The notes: generated from the sequence alone by a model not told the origin. A DNA stretch of 64,000 nt from an uncultured Bacillota bacterium (GCA_905188085.1 CAJJKN010000003.1:44688-108687), one strand, 5' to 3'; counted from the stretch's first letter, positions 38,547-48,332 are shown. Translations and numbers: made by a program.

Positions 38547-38685
38547 TTGTCCTTATGAAAAAAGAGCCGATTTGGCTCTTTTTTGCATTCTCGCTGTTTT
38601 CTTTGTGCCACAGCTCTTTTTTTCTATCGCTTTAGAAAATTATATTTCGTTTGCAAAGCATATTTCCGGCGCTCTCCGTCTTTTT

Positions 38686-39282
38686 TTATCCGTTGGATAG
38701 CCCCAGCCCGTATTTGATCCAGCTTAGGCATTCGCGCACGCGGGAAAACCAAGTGCCCGGCCAATCGCTTTTGGCGCGGCTGGTTGTAATGCAAAGCCCT
38801 TCCTGCTCTGCCAGCATGCGGGCACGCGCCATATGGTAATCCGCCGTCACAAGGATGGCGGTCTGCATGCCGTTTTCCTGCAAAATCCGCTTGGCAAATC
38901 GCAGATTCTCCCGCGTATTTTTGCTGTCCGGCTCTGTTAAAATATCCGCTTCCGGCACCCCGGCATTCATCAAATACCCTTTCATTGCCACGGCCTCTGC
39001 CACGGTTTCATCGTCGCCTTTGCCGCCGCAAACTAAAATTTTGGGTGCCATGCCCTGGTCATACAATGTTTTGGCCTGTTCCAGCCTGGCCCGAAGCGCG
39101 CGGCTGGGCGTCATGCCTCGCGTTTTTGCGCCCAGCACGATGATACAGTCCGATGCTTGGGCGTTGTCCTCTTCGCCGCTTTTTATCCATACAATCAAAT
39201 ACAAAACGCAAAACGCCGCCAACAGCAGGCCCGCAATGCCTATGCAAATCCAACGCCCTTTTCCTCGCCAAAATGCACTCAA
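38686..39282 (-). CDS. DUF218 (YdcF/SanA/ElyC-like) domain protein
   Basis: A TM anchor is followed by DCIIVLGAKTRG…ILVCGGKG…NTRENL. Confidence 0.8.
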   Translation of the reverse strand: MSAFWRGKGRWICIGIAGLLLAAFCVLYLIVWIKSGEEDNAQASDCIIVLGAKTRGMTPSRALRARLEQAKTLYDQGMAPKILVCGGKGDDETVAEAVAMKGYLMNAGVPEADILTEPDSKNTRENLRFAKRILQENGMQTAILVTADYHMARARMLAEQEGLCITTSRAKSDWPGTWFSRVRECLSWIKYGLGLSNG

Positions 39283-40010
39283 TATTCGTCCTCCGCCGCA
39301 TACATCAGTGTATTGGTTTTCAGTTGTCTTGTCTGCCCCACGTCGTTTTTCATAAAGCTGAAATATCCGTTGGCGCCGATGATCAGATGATCCAAAAGCG
39401 CCACCTCTATGCTTTCCAGCGCCTGCATAATCTTGCGCGTTAAATCAATATCGCTGGTCGTAGGCCGCAGCGAACCGGATGGATGGTTATGCATCAGCAG
39501 CACGTTTTTGGCCTGCACGCTCAGCGCCGCGCGAATGATCTCCCTGTTGCCGATGGGCACTTTGTCTATCGTGCCCTCCGCCATTTTCACTGCCTGAATC
39601 AGCCGGCATTTTACATCCAGGCAAAGCAGATACAGCGTTTCCACCCGGCAATCCGCAAACAGCGCCTGCCCATATTCGCCGGCCTTGGCCAAGGTGTTCA
39701 GCAGCGGCTTTTCCCCGGTTTTGCTCAATAAATATCGTTTTGTCATGGAGGGAAACAGCGTCAGCAGCGTGGCGGCGTTTTCGCCTACGCCTTCCACCCG
39801 CATCAAATCCTGATAGCCGGCATCGAGCACACCGGAAAGCGAACCAAACGTCTGGATCAACCGGTGCGCGGTTTGGTTTGTATTCACCCGCGGGATGGCA
39901 TAGGTCAGCATAAGCTCCAGCACCTCATGCTCTGCCAGGCCCTCCAGCCCGGTGCGGCGCGCCTTGTCTCTCAGCCGTTTTCTGTGCCCGCTGTGGTCGT
40001 TTTGACTCAT
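39279..40010 (-). CDS. radC: RadC-family JAB/MPN domain protein (UPF0758)
   Basis: HNHPSGSLRPTTSDIDLTRKI is the JAMM-like motif, and there is an N-terminal HhH. Confidence 0.9.
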   Translation of the reverse strand: MSQNDHSGHRKRLRDKARRTGLEGLAEHEVLELMLTYAIPRVNTNQTAHRLIQTFGSLSGVLDAGYQDLMRVEGVGENAATLLTLFPSMTKRYLLSKTGEKPLLNTLAKAGEYGQALFADCRVETLYLLCLDVKCRLIQAVKMAEGTIDKVPIGNREIIRAALSVQAKNVLLMHNHPSGSLRPTTSDIDLTRKIMQALESIEVALLDHLIIGANGYFSFMKNDVGQTRQLKTNTLMYAAEDEY

Positions 40011-40147
40011 CGCATGTGCTCCCTTCCCTCAATATCCCTATTTTACCATCATTCGGTGTTTTTCGCCATTTGTATTACGCCGTATCCGTTGACGGACGAA
40101 AGTTTACAAAGTATCATACCGGTATAGAAAGAAAAGAGGGATGCAAA

Positions 40148-41554
40148 ATGTCTATCAACCAAGCCATTGACGCACGCAAAGAGGAAATGGTGTCCCAGCT
40201 TTGCCGTTTGATTGCCATGCCCAGCCTGGAGGAAGCTCCGCAGCCCGGCAAGCCCTTTGGCGCGCCGCTATATGATTGTTTGGAATCTGCGCTGGCGCTG
40301 GCCCGCTCGCTCGGATTTTCCGTCTGCAAAAATGTGGACGGCTATGCCGGCTATGTTGAAATGGGCCAAGGCGAAGAGGAAATCGGCATTTTGGCACATC
40401 TGGATGTTGTGCCGCCGGGCGACGGTTGGTCTTTGCCTCCCTTTCAAGGCACACTGCGCGACGGCAGAATCTACGGGCGTGGCAGCCAGGATAACAAAGG
40501 CGGCGTCATCGCCTCTCTATACGCCATGTGCGCGCTGCTGCCGCTGGCGCATTCTTTCAAACGGCGCGTCCGCCTGATTTTAGGATGCAGCGAAGAAACC
40601 GGAATGACCTGTATCGACCATTATCTGCAATGCTATCCCATGCCGGATTACGGCTTTTCGCCGGACGGCAGCTATCCTTTAATCAATACCGAAAAAGGCA
40701 TTCAGGATGTGCATGGCACATGCGCTGTGCCCCTTTCCGCAGAAGGGCTGCGCATTGTCTCCCTCCAAGCCGGCGATCGGCCCAATGTAATCCCCGGCAA
40801 AGCCACGGCCGTTTTGTTTGCGCCGGAGCCTGCGGATTTACAGGCCGCCTTTAGCGCCTATCAAGCCGCCCATCCGGAATCGGAGCGTATGCAGCTAAAT
40901 TTTCAGGATCATTTGGCCACGCTTACCTGCCTGGGCATTGTGGGCCATGCCTCCACCCCGGAACAGGGGCGCAATGCCGCCGGGCTTTTGCTCTCCGTTC
41001 TTGCCGCGCTTCCCCTAGTGCAGGCGCCCATGGAAAACGCCGTGCGCGCCCTTTCCCGCCTGGTCGGCGATACCTACGACGGCGCGCCGCTCGGCATTGC
41101 CTGCCAAGACGAAATTTCCGGCGCGCTTACCTGTAATCTTGGGCTGCTGCATGCCGATGAAAACGGCCTGCGTTTCACTTTGGATATTCGCTATCCCCTG
41201 TGTATGACCCAGCAAACCCTGATTTCCACCATTACCAAAGCGTTTGCCGGCACGGATTTTGTCATCGCCGGCGGCCACGGGTATCCGCCGCATCATGTGG
41301 AGGAAGATTCCCCGCTGGTGCAAACCCTTTTGCGCGTCTATGCCGAACAAACCGGGCTGCCTGCCTACTGCATGGCCATCGGCGGCGGCACCTACGCCCG
41401 CAAACTGCCCGGGCGCGCCGTTGCGTTCGGGATGGAATTTCCCGGCCAGCCCGCCACCGCGCATATGGCGGATGAATATATGGATGTAAAGGAACTGGTG
41501 CTCAACGCCAAAATCATTGCCCACGCCATTTACGCTCTTGCCACGGAAAATTAA
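40148..41554 (+). CDS. pepV: M20 family dipeptidase (PepV/Sapep-like)
   Basis: ILAHLDVVPPGDGW…RGSQDNKGGV are M20 motifs. Start taken at MSINQA, with AGAGGGA upstream. Confidence 0.88.
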   Translation: MSINQAIDARKEEMVSQLCRLIAMPSLEEAPQPGKPFGAPLYDCLESALALARSLGFSVCKNVDGYAGYVEMGQGEEEIGILAHLDVVPPGDGWSLPPFQGTLRDGRIYGRGSQDNKGGVIASLYAMCALLPLAHSFKRRVRLILGCSEETGMTCIDHYLQCYPMPDYGFSPDGSYPLINTEKGIQDVHGTCAVPLSAEGLRIVSLQAGDRPNVIPGKATAVLFAPEPADLQAAFSAYQAAHPESERMQLNFQDHLATLTCLGIVGHASTPEQGRNAAGLLLSVLAALPLVQAPMENAVRALSRLVGDTYDGAPLGIACQDEISGALTCNLGLLHADENGLRFTLDIRYPLCMTQQTLISTITKAFAGTDFVIAGGHGYPPHHVEEDSPLVQTLLRVYAEQTGLPAYCMAIGGGTYARKLPGRAVAFGMEFPGQPATAHMADEYMDVKELVLNAKIIAHAIYALATEN

Positions 41555-41659
41555 GGGATTTTTCCCTTTTTTCCGTGATTGTTGGCCAAATAAAGAAAAC
41601 TTGCAATCATTGGATTGACTTTTTTGTGAATTTTTGGTATAGTTTCAGGGCATTCTATT

Positions 41660-41748
41660 GGAGAGATGTCCGAGTGGTTTATGGAGCTGGTCTTGAAAAC
41701 CAGTGATGCCGTGAGGCACCGGGGGTTCAAATCCCTCTCTCTCCGCCA
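41660..41748 (+). tRNA. tRNA-Ser (anticodon UGA)
   Basis: GGAGAGATGTCCGAGTGG… has a long variable arm, the anticodon loop cTTGAaa, a GGTTCAAATCC T-arm and a CCA end. Confidence 0.85.
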
Positions 41749-41773
41749 GCATTCCAATAGAATTATACAGCCT

Positions 41774-41867
41774 GGAGAAGTACCCAAGTTTGGCTGAAGG
41801 GGCTCCCCTGCTAAGGGAGTAGGTCGGGTGTACCGGCGCGAGGGTTCGAATCCCTCCTTCTCCGCCA
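41774..41867 (+). tRNA. tRNA-Ser (anticodon GCU)
   Basis: GGAGAAGTACCCAAGTTTGG… has a long variable arm, the anticodon loop cTGCTaa, a GGTTCGAATCC T-arm and a CCA end. Confidence 0.85.
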
Positions 41868-42317
41868 AAATGCCTGAAAACCGCGTGTTTTCGGGCTTTT
41901 TTGTTGCCTTTTAACCTCCCGTCCCGCCCGTGCCGGAAAAATAAAATGGCTTAAAATAGGAAAAAATGGGTTCCTATTACGCCCCTATTCCGCCCGGTGT
42001 TTCTCCTCTGGCTCGTCCTATTTATAGCCCATTTTGTTTGTTAAATTTTATACAGAATAAGCCTGCAAGGCAAAATATACCCGGCCTTTGGGTATCTTTG
42101 TTCTAATCGGTCAATCCACTTTTGGGGGGATTTACCAATGCCTTATACACATTCCCCGCTCAATCCTACGATCGCATCCTCTTTCAGATACATATTTGCA
42201 TCTTTCTCTAGGAAGGCAAGCGCGCTTTATGGCATAATATACTTATAAATTCTTGTATTTGTTTTATGATTAAACTCGGCGCCCCTTGATTGGCGAAACC
42301 GGAAAGGAGGGACCTCC

Positions 42318-43562
42318 ATGGCATACAGCGAGCTTGTAAAAAACTTTGAAAAAGTCCGTGCCTATATGCGGGAATTTTATGTGTACGGGTTCAAAAGCCG
42401 TACCGAATACGATGCCAAAAGCGCGCGCTCCTATGATGATGAGCGGCGACGCATCGAAAGTTGGCTGGGAGACTATATGCATTTTTCGCAGACCGCCGAG
42501 GGGAAAAACATCTTTCTTTCCATAGACAGCCGCACCTGCCAACGCAATCCTTTCTATAAAGCGTGGAAAGCCAAAAGCTTTACCGATAAGGAGATTACCC
42601 TCCATTTCCTTTTGCTGGATATTCTCCACGCTCCGGATGTTAAAAAAACGATTCAGGAGCTTACGGAAGAAATCGACACGTATCTTTCCGATTTTGAAGC
42701 GCCTATGACGTTTGACGAATCCACCCTCCGGAAAAAGCTGAAGGAATATGAGGCAGAAGGCATTGTCAAAATTGAAAAACACGGGCGCAAAGTGTTCTAT
42801 CGACGCTCGGCAGACACGGAGATTTCTCCTTTAACGGATGCCATCGATTTTTTCAGCGAGGCCGCCCCCTGCGGCGTTGTCGGCTCTTTTCTTCAGGACA
42901 GGCAAAAAGCACACAATCCTCTGTTTTCCTTTAAGCATCATTATATTACCTCCGCGATAGACAGCGCCGTTTTGGCCCTGCTTTTTGAGGCCATGCATAA
43001 AAAATGCTATATCATGGCAGATAATCTGGGAAAACATTCGGGCAGCGTGCAAACCCTTCGCCTTGTTCCGCTTAAAATCTATATCAGCGCTCAAAACGGG
43101 CGTCAGCATTTAATTGCGTTTCAGGCAAAATCCAAGCGGTTAAATTCCTATCGGCTGGATTATATGTCCCATATAAAATTCGGCGAACCTTGCGAAAACT
43201 ACGATGCTTTAAGAGCCGCCCTTTCCAAGGTTGAAAATCATATGTGGGGCGTAAATTGCAGATGGAATACGGATCGTTTGGAGCATGTGGAGTTTGAGGT
43301 GAAAATCAACGACGATGAACAGTATATCGTCCGCCGGTTGGAGCGTGAAAAACGCTGCGGGCGCGTTGAGCAGCTGGATGAACATACCTACCGTTTTGTT
43401 GCGGATGTTTTTGATACCAACGAAATGCTGCCCTGGATTCGCACCTTTATCTCCCGGATTGTCAAAATGAACTTTTCAAACCGAACGGCCGAAAACAAAT
43501 TCAAGGCGGATTTAGCGGCCATGTATCAGCTCTATGGGCTTGACGGAGGGGATTCGGCATGA
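42318..43562 (+). CDS. WYL domain-containing regulator (PafB/PafC-like), first paralog
   Basis: A WYL-core-like segment VQTLRLVPLKIYISAQNGRQHLIAFQAKSKRLNSYRLDYMSHIKF is present. The RBS is GGAAAGGAGGGA. The gene is translationally coupled (ATGA) to the next WYL gene. Confidence 0.7.
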   Translation: MAYSELVKNFEKVRAYMREFYVYGFKSRTEYDAKSARSYDDERRRIESWLGDYMHFSQTAEGKNIFLSIDSRTCQRNPFYKAWKAKSFTDKEITLHFLLLDILHAPDVKKTIQELTEEIDTYLSDFEAPMTFDESTLRKKLKEYEAEGIVKIEKHGRKVFYRRSADTEISPLTDAIDFFSEAAPCGVVGSFLQDRQKAHNPLFSFKHHYITSAIDSAVLALLFEAMHKKCYIMADNLGKHSGSVQTLRLVPLKIYISAQNGRQHLIAFQAKSKRLNSYRLDYMSHIKFGEPCENYDALRAALSKVENHMWGVNCRWNTDRLEHVEFEVKINDDEQYIVRRLEREKRCGRVEQLDEHTYRFVADVFDTNEMLPWIRTFISRIVKMNFSNRTAENKFKADLAAMYQLYGLDGGDSA

Positions 43563-44467
43563 TTTTCAGCGAACTGTATTCCGTTTATTACAACACGGTG
43601 GCGGCCATTTTAACGCGCGCGGCCAAAGGAAATGCAACCGAAAGAGAATTGCAGCAGATTGTATTAGACACCGCCTTTTCCGAAAGCGTATTATCCATTC
43701 TGCCGTCGCTCAAATCCGGAAAATGGCCGTTGCTCCGCCATGATATGACCTCCGTGCTGCGCAACCCCCCTTCCATGCCGTTGACAACGCTGGAAAAACG
43801 GTGGTTAAAATCCATTGCCGCCGACCCCCGGATTCAACTGTTTCACATTCAAATGCCAAACCTGGACGATGTAGCCCCGCTGTTTACGCGCAAGGATTAT
43901 AAAATTTACGATCAATACGCCGATGGCGATCCTTTTGAGGATGCTGCGTATATCTCCCATTTTAATTTGATTCGAACCGCAATCCGCGCCAAAAAGCCGG
44001 TAAAAATTACCATGACCGGCCGCCACGGAAACCAGGCATGGGCGCGTTTTTTCCCAAAGGGCTTTGAGTATTCCGTCAAGGACGATAAAATCCGCATCCT
44101 TGCCTCCGGTTGTAAATTCCCGTATTTCAATTTAGGCCACGTCACAAGCTGCTATTATTATCACGGCAACGGCCCCTGGCGAGAAAAGACAAAGGCGGAC
44201 CGTGTGCAAAATCTTATGCTGGAAATCACGGACGAGCGCAATGCCTTAGAGCGCGCTATGCTACATTTTGCCCATTTTGAAAGACAGGCGGAGCGTGTGG
44301 ACGGCAATCGCTATCTTCTGCGCATCCGGTATTATGAAAACGACGAAACGGAAATGCTTATCCGTGTGCTGTCCTTTGGGCCTTATGTAAAAGTGCTTGC
44401 GCCGGAAAGCTTTATAGAATTGATCAAACAACGCCTTGTCTGTCAAAAAAGCTGTGAACTTAGATAA
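43559..44467 (+). CDS. WYL domain-containing regulator (PafB/PafC-like), second paralog
   Basis: The N-terminus MIFSELYSVYY is paralogous to MAYSELVKNF of the upstream gene. It has the WYL-like core PVKITMTGRHGNQAWARFFPKGFEYSVKDDKIRILASGCKFPYFNLGHVTSC and the C-terminal VLSFGPYVKVLAPESFIELIKQRL (WCX-like). Confidence 0.7.
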   Translation: MIFSELYSVYYNTVAAILTRAAKGNATERELQQIVLDTAFSESVLSILPSLKSGKWPLLRHDMTSVLRNPPSMPLTTLEKRWLKSIAADPRIQLFHIQMPNLDDVAPLFTRKDYKIYDQYADGDPFEDAAYISHFNLIRTAIRAKKPVKITMTGRHGNQAWARFFPKGFEYSVKDDKIRILASGCKFPYFNLGHVTSCYYYHGNGPWREKTKADRVQNLMLEITDERNALERAMLHFAHFERQAERVDGNRYLLRIRYYENDETEMLIRVLSFGPYVKVLAPESFIELIKQRLVCQKSCELR

Positions 44468-44614
44468 GTTCGCAGCTTTTTTTCCGTGAAAAACGGATTT
44501 ACGGCCCCTATACTCTGGTTGTAAGGGGCAGACAGCCCGCCGGTTCCGCCGAAAATGAACACTGTGAAAAAGCAAAAGATCGGCAATACCGGACAAAAAG
44601 AAAGGAGCAGCACG

Positions 44615-45790
44615 ATGATTGAAATCAAAGGAAAAGCGAACACGGCCCTCTGTTATGCCGCGATGATTGAGGATGAAGCCATTGAACAGATTCGCACCCT
44701 GTGCGACTATGACTTTACCGCCGGTTCCAAAATTCGGATCATGCCGGATGCCCATGCCGGCAAGGGCTGCACCATCGGCACAACGATGACCATCAAAGAC
44801 AAAGCCGTTCCCAACGTGGTCGGCGTTGATATCGGCTGCGGCATGTACACGGTCAACTTAGGGAAAATCGATATTGATTTTGTGAAGATGGATGAGGCGG
44901 CTCATTTTATCCCCAGCGGCAAAGAAGTATGGGAAGGCCGCATGAAACGGTTTGATTTAACCCGCCTTCTGTGCTATCGCAATCTAAAGCAGACCAAGCG
45001 TTTGGAGCGCAGCCTCGGCACGCTGGGCGGCGGCAACCATTTTATCGAGATTGACGCAGCCGCCGACGGCACAAAATATCTTGTCATCCATTCCGGCAGC
45101 CGCAACCTGGGCAAACAGGTGGCCGAGCTTTATCAGCACCTGGCGGTTGATTTAAACGCAGGCAAAGCCGAGCTCTTTGAAAAAAAGGAAGCGCTCATCC
45201 GCACCTACAAAGAACAGGGCCGCCGGGCGGAAATTCAAGCCGCTTTAAAGGCTTTGGAGCGCGCGTTTATCGCCAAAAAACCTACCCTCCCCGCCAGCCT
45301 CTGCTATCTGTATGGCACCTACCTTGACGACTATCTGCATGATGTGGAAATCTGCCAGCAATTTGCCGTGGAAAACCGTGAGAGAATGGCGGAAATCATC
45401 TTGGAGCGCACCGGGATGACTGCGCACGATTCGTTTCACACCATTCATAATTATATTGATACCAAGGAAATGATCCTGCGCAAAGGGGCGATAGCCGCGC
45501 ATAAAGACGAGCTTGTTTTGATTCCCATCAACATGCGAGACGGCAGCGTGCTGGCCCGCGGCAAGGGAAACCCGGAATGGAACTATTCCGCGCCGCACGG
45601 CGCCGGGCGGCTGATGTCTCGCACACAGGCCAAACAAACCCTCTCTTTGGAGGAGTATAAAAAAACCATGGAGGGCATTTACACCACCTCCGTCAACCAG
45701 GCAACGCTGGATGAAGCGCCCATGGCGTATAAATCCCTTGATGATATCCTCGGCGTAATCGGAGAATCTGTGGATATCATCGAAGTATAA
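44615..45790 (+). CDS. rtcB: RNA-splicing ligase RtcB (3'-phosphate/5'-OH RNA ligase)
   Basis: The metal- and GMP-site motifs MPDAHAGKGCTIG, GGGNHFIE and NYSAPHGAGR are present. AAAGGAG is 7 nt upstream of the ATG. Confidence 0.9.
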   Translation: MIEIKGKANTALCYAAMIEDEAIEQIRTLCDYDFTAGSKIRIMPDAHAGKGCTIGTTMTIKDKAVPNVVGVDIGCGMYTVNLGKIDIDFVKMDEAAHFIPSGKEVWEGRMKRFDLTRLLCYRNLKQTKRLERSLGTLGGGNHFIEIDAAADGTKYLVIHSGSRNLGKQVAELYQHLAVDLNAGKAELFEKKEALIRTYKEQGRRAEIQAALKALERAFIAKKPTLPASLCYLYGTYLDDYLHDVEICQQFAVENRERMAEIILERTGMTAHDSFHTIHNYIDTKEMILRKGAIAAHKDELVLIPINMRDGSVLARGKGNPEWNYSAPHGAGRLMSRTQAKQTLSLEEYKKTMEGIYTTSVNQATLDEAPMAYKSLDDILGVIGESVDIIEV

Positions 45791-46123
45791 AGCCCATTTA
45801 TAATTTTAAGGCGTGAGACTGATGCCGTGCACACAGAATTTAAAATGCCAAAAAAGGCAATCCCCTCATTCCTATGGTGTCCTTGGATTAACTCTATCAA
45901 AGCCGTTTCTTTTACAGAAACGGCTTTTCTGTTTTAGGCTTTTTCTATGGCGTTTCTGTCCTTTCAAGCCTTCATCGCTTTGATGGATGCGTCTTTTTTC
46001 CATAAATCAAACTTGGCAAAGGCATGCCCTCTTTTGCCCATCCGAAAACGCCAAAAGCCTGCTCTGTACGCCAAACTTTCATCTTTTCCTCTCCCTTTGT
46101 TTTTCCCTCCTCGCGGAAAACCG

Positions 46124-46152
46124 TTGATTTTTTTCCGTTCTCACGCTACAAT
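46124..46152 (+). promoter_or_regulatory. Putative sigma70-type promoter (TTGATT-17-TACAAT) for the methyltransferase gene
   Basis: Consensus-like -35 and -10 hexamers with 17-nt spacing lie ~110 nt upstream of the 46262 start. Confidence 0.45.
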
Positions 46153-46261
46153 ATGGCCAAACGGATTCTTTGCAAAAACAGTTTCGTATCAAACGATGCC
46201 GCCGATGTGCGGCTTTTCCAAAGCCCAGTAGTTAGGCATAGCTAACCAGTAAAGAGAAGAG

Positions 46262-46879
46262 ATGGCCATGAAAAAGAATTTTTGGGACCGCAATGCCCGC
46301 ATTTACAATCGGTTTATGCAAAAAGATGCCTCAGCCTATGCGCAGATGTATGCCCTGATTCGGCCGGCCGTGCAGAATAAAACCGTGTTGGAATTGGCAA
46401 CCGGCACAGGGCTGATTGCCAAAAACATCGTGGGCGCCGCAAAAAACGTGGAGGCTACCGACGCTTCTGCGGATATGATTGCCCAGGCCAAAAAAGAATG
46501 TATGTCCGCAAAGCTGCATTTTTCCGTACAGGATATGTTTGATCTGCCGTATGCGGAAAAAACGTTTGATGTTGTCATCGTGGCCAACGCCCTGCATATC
46601 GTTTCGCAGCCGGAAAAGGCGCTTTCCGAAATCCGCCGCGTCTTAAAAGACGACGGCCTGCTCATCGCCCCCACTTTTACCCATGCGGGCAACACCATTC
46701 GCGGCAAAGCAAGAGCCTTTTTTATGAAGCTGGCGGGGTTCCCCCTGCACAACCGCTGGTCAAATGACGCTTATCTTCAGTTTCTTCAAGCCAACGGCTG
46801 GCGCGTTGAAAAAAGCAAACTGCTCCCCGCTTCGTTTCCGCTGACATATGCGGAATGCACCAAAGCAAAAATCTCATAA
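46262..46879 (+). CDS. Class I SAM-dependent methyltransferase
   Basis: VLELATGTGLIAKNIV (motif I) and VVIVANALHI are present. Confidence 0.85.
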   Translation: MAMKKNFWDRNARIYNRFMQKDASAYAQMYALIRPAVQNKTVLELATGTGLIAKNIVGAAKNVEATDASADMIAQAKKECMSAKLHFSVQDMFDLPYAEKTFDVVIVANALHIVSQPEKALSEIRRVLKDDGLLIAPTFTHAGNTIRGKARAFFMKLAGFPLHNRWSNDAYLQFLQANGWRVEKSKLLPASFPLTYAECTKAKIS

Positions 46880-46972
46880 CGCCTTGCATTTATCCCAAAT
46901 GCCGTTTTTTCATAGCGCCATAAACCAGCGCCGCAAAACCAAACTTTCGCTTATCAAAAAGGAGACAATGCC

Positions 46973-47836
46973 ATGTCCAAAAAGGCTACCGAGTTTCAGA
47001 AAAAAGAAATGAGCAAAATGTATCGGGGCAAAGAGATCTTCAAGCCTTTGAATACCGGCTGGATTGATGAAAACCTGGCCTGTGTACGGGAATGGGTGGC
47101 CAACATCTTTTTCTATCGCAAAAACGGCACCATTCTTATGATCGACGCCGGCTATAATTACGATCGTCTGGAGGAAAAGATGGGCTGGCTGGGGATAGAC
47201 CCGGCCTCCATTCGCCATATTCTCATTACCTATCAGGATACAGACCACGTTGGCGCCGTGGAGGCAGACAGTCCCGGGCTGTTTCACCGGGCTACGCTTT
47301 ATATCGGGGAAACGGAAAACGAATATTTAACGGGTGCTATGCGCCGCAAGGTTATCTATCATCTCTATAAGCTGCCGCAGGTAAGCATTCCAAACGAAAA
47401 AGTGCTGCTAAAAGACGAACAGGTCTTTTACATTGACGACATCAAAATCGAATGCTTTCTCGTGCCCGGGCATACCTGGGGCCATATGGTATATCTTGTG
47501 GATGATCGTTATCTGTTTACCGGCGATACCCTCTGGTTCGGGGCCGACGGCGGTTACAGCTTTATCAGCAGCCTGGCCGAAGACAACAAGCTGGCGGTAA
47601 AATCGCTGGCAGCGCTGGAGCAGCGGCTGCGCAGCCGGCAGATCCGGCCGCTTTTCATCACCGGCCATACCGGATGGACGGACCGGTTTGAGTTTGCCTT
47701 TGCCCATAAGGATAAGCTCTGCTCTCCTTTCAAAAAGCGGGTGCCCGATCCTTCCGCGCCATACGATGCCTATGATGAATCTGACGATACCGAACAAAAA
47801 GCAAAAACGCAAAGGCTCAAAGGCGTGGGGCGCTGA
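46973..47836 (+). CDS. MBL-fold metallo-hydrolase
   Basis: HxHxDH-type motifs are present (…ILITYQDTDHVG…VPGHTWGHMVYLV…FTGDTLW). Confidence 0.85.
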   Translation: MSKKATEFQKKEMSKMYRGKEIFKPLNTGWIDENLACVREWVANIFFYRKNGTILMIDAGYNYDRLEEKMGWLGIDPASIRHILITYQDTDHVGAVEADSPGLFHRATLYIGETENEYLTGAMRRKVIYHLYKLPQVSIPNEKVLLKDEQVFYIDDIKIECFLVPGHTWGHMVYLVDDRYLFTGDTLWFGADGGYSFISSLAEDNKLAVKSLAALEQRLRSRQIRPLFITGHTGWTDRFEFAFAHKDKLCSPFKKRVPDPSAPYDAYDESDDTEQKAKTQRLKGVGR

Positions 47837-47951
47837 TTTGCCGTTCCCTTTTCGGCTTTGCCCCCTGTCATTTTTGTAGCCCGACCCCCTTGCGCCGGCA
47901 AACAAAACCCGGCTTTCATGCCGCGCAATCCTCTAGAACGGGAGAAGATAT

Positions 47952-48332
47952 ATGAAATTACACATGTCCGGCGAAGACTATCTTGAAACCATCTTAATCC
48001 TCGAACAAAGCCGGAGCGAAGTACGGGCGGTAGACATTGCAGAGCGCATGGGCGTCACCAAGCCCAGCGTCAGCCGCGCGCTTTCCATTTTAAAAAACGG
48101 TGGGTTTCTCACCATCATCGACCATTCCGTCCGCCTGACAGAGGTCGGTCGGGAGGCCGCGGAGGAAATCTACAAACGGCATTCCTTTTTCAAAAAAGCA
48201 CTGGTTTCCGTGGGCATTGCGCCGGAGACCGCCGAAAAAGAGGCCTGTTTAATCGAACATGCCGTTAGTGCAGACAGCTTTCGTAAAATAGAGGCCGCCA
48301 TGGAGAAAAAAGCCTCTGACGAAAATTTTTGA
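47952..48332 (+). CDS. DtxR/MntR family metal-dependent transcriptional regulator
   Basis: MSGEDYLETILILEQSRSEVRAVDIAERMGVTKPSVSRALSIL matches the DtxR-type wHTH. Confidence 0.85.
   Translation: MKLHMSGEDYLETILILEQSRSEVRAVDIAERMGVTKPSVSRALSILKNGGFLTIIDHSVRLTEVGREAAEEIYKRHSFFKKALVSVGIAPETAEKEACLIEHAVSADSFRKIEAAMEKKASDENF

Noticed and set aside
41551-41868. 105-aa minus-strand ORF
   Set aside because: It lies entirely across the two tRNA-Ser genes, so it is an artefact.
46150-46260. Possible attenuator hairpin (gccgccgatgtgcggcttttcc) in the 5' leader of the methyltransferase gene
   Set aside because: The stem is short (5 bp) and no riboswitch aptamer is recognisable upstream, so I consider it weak.
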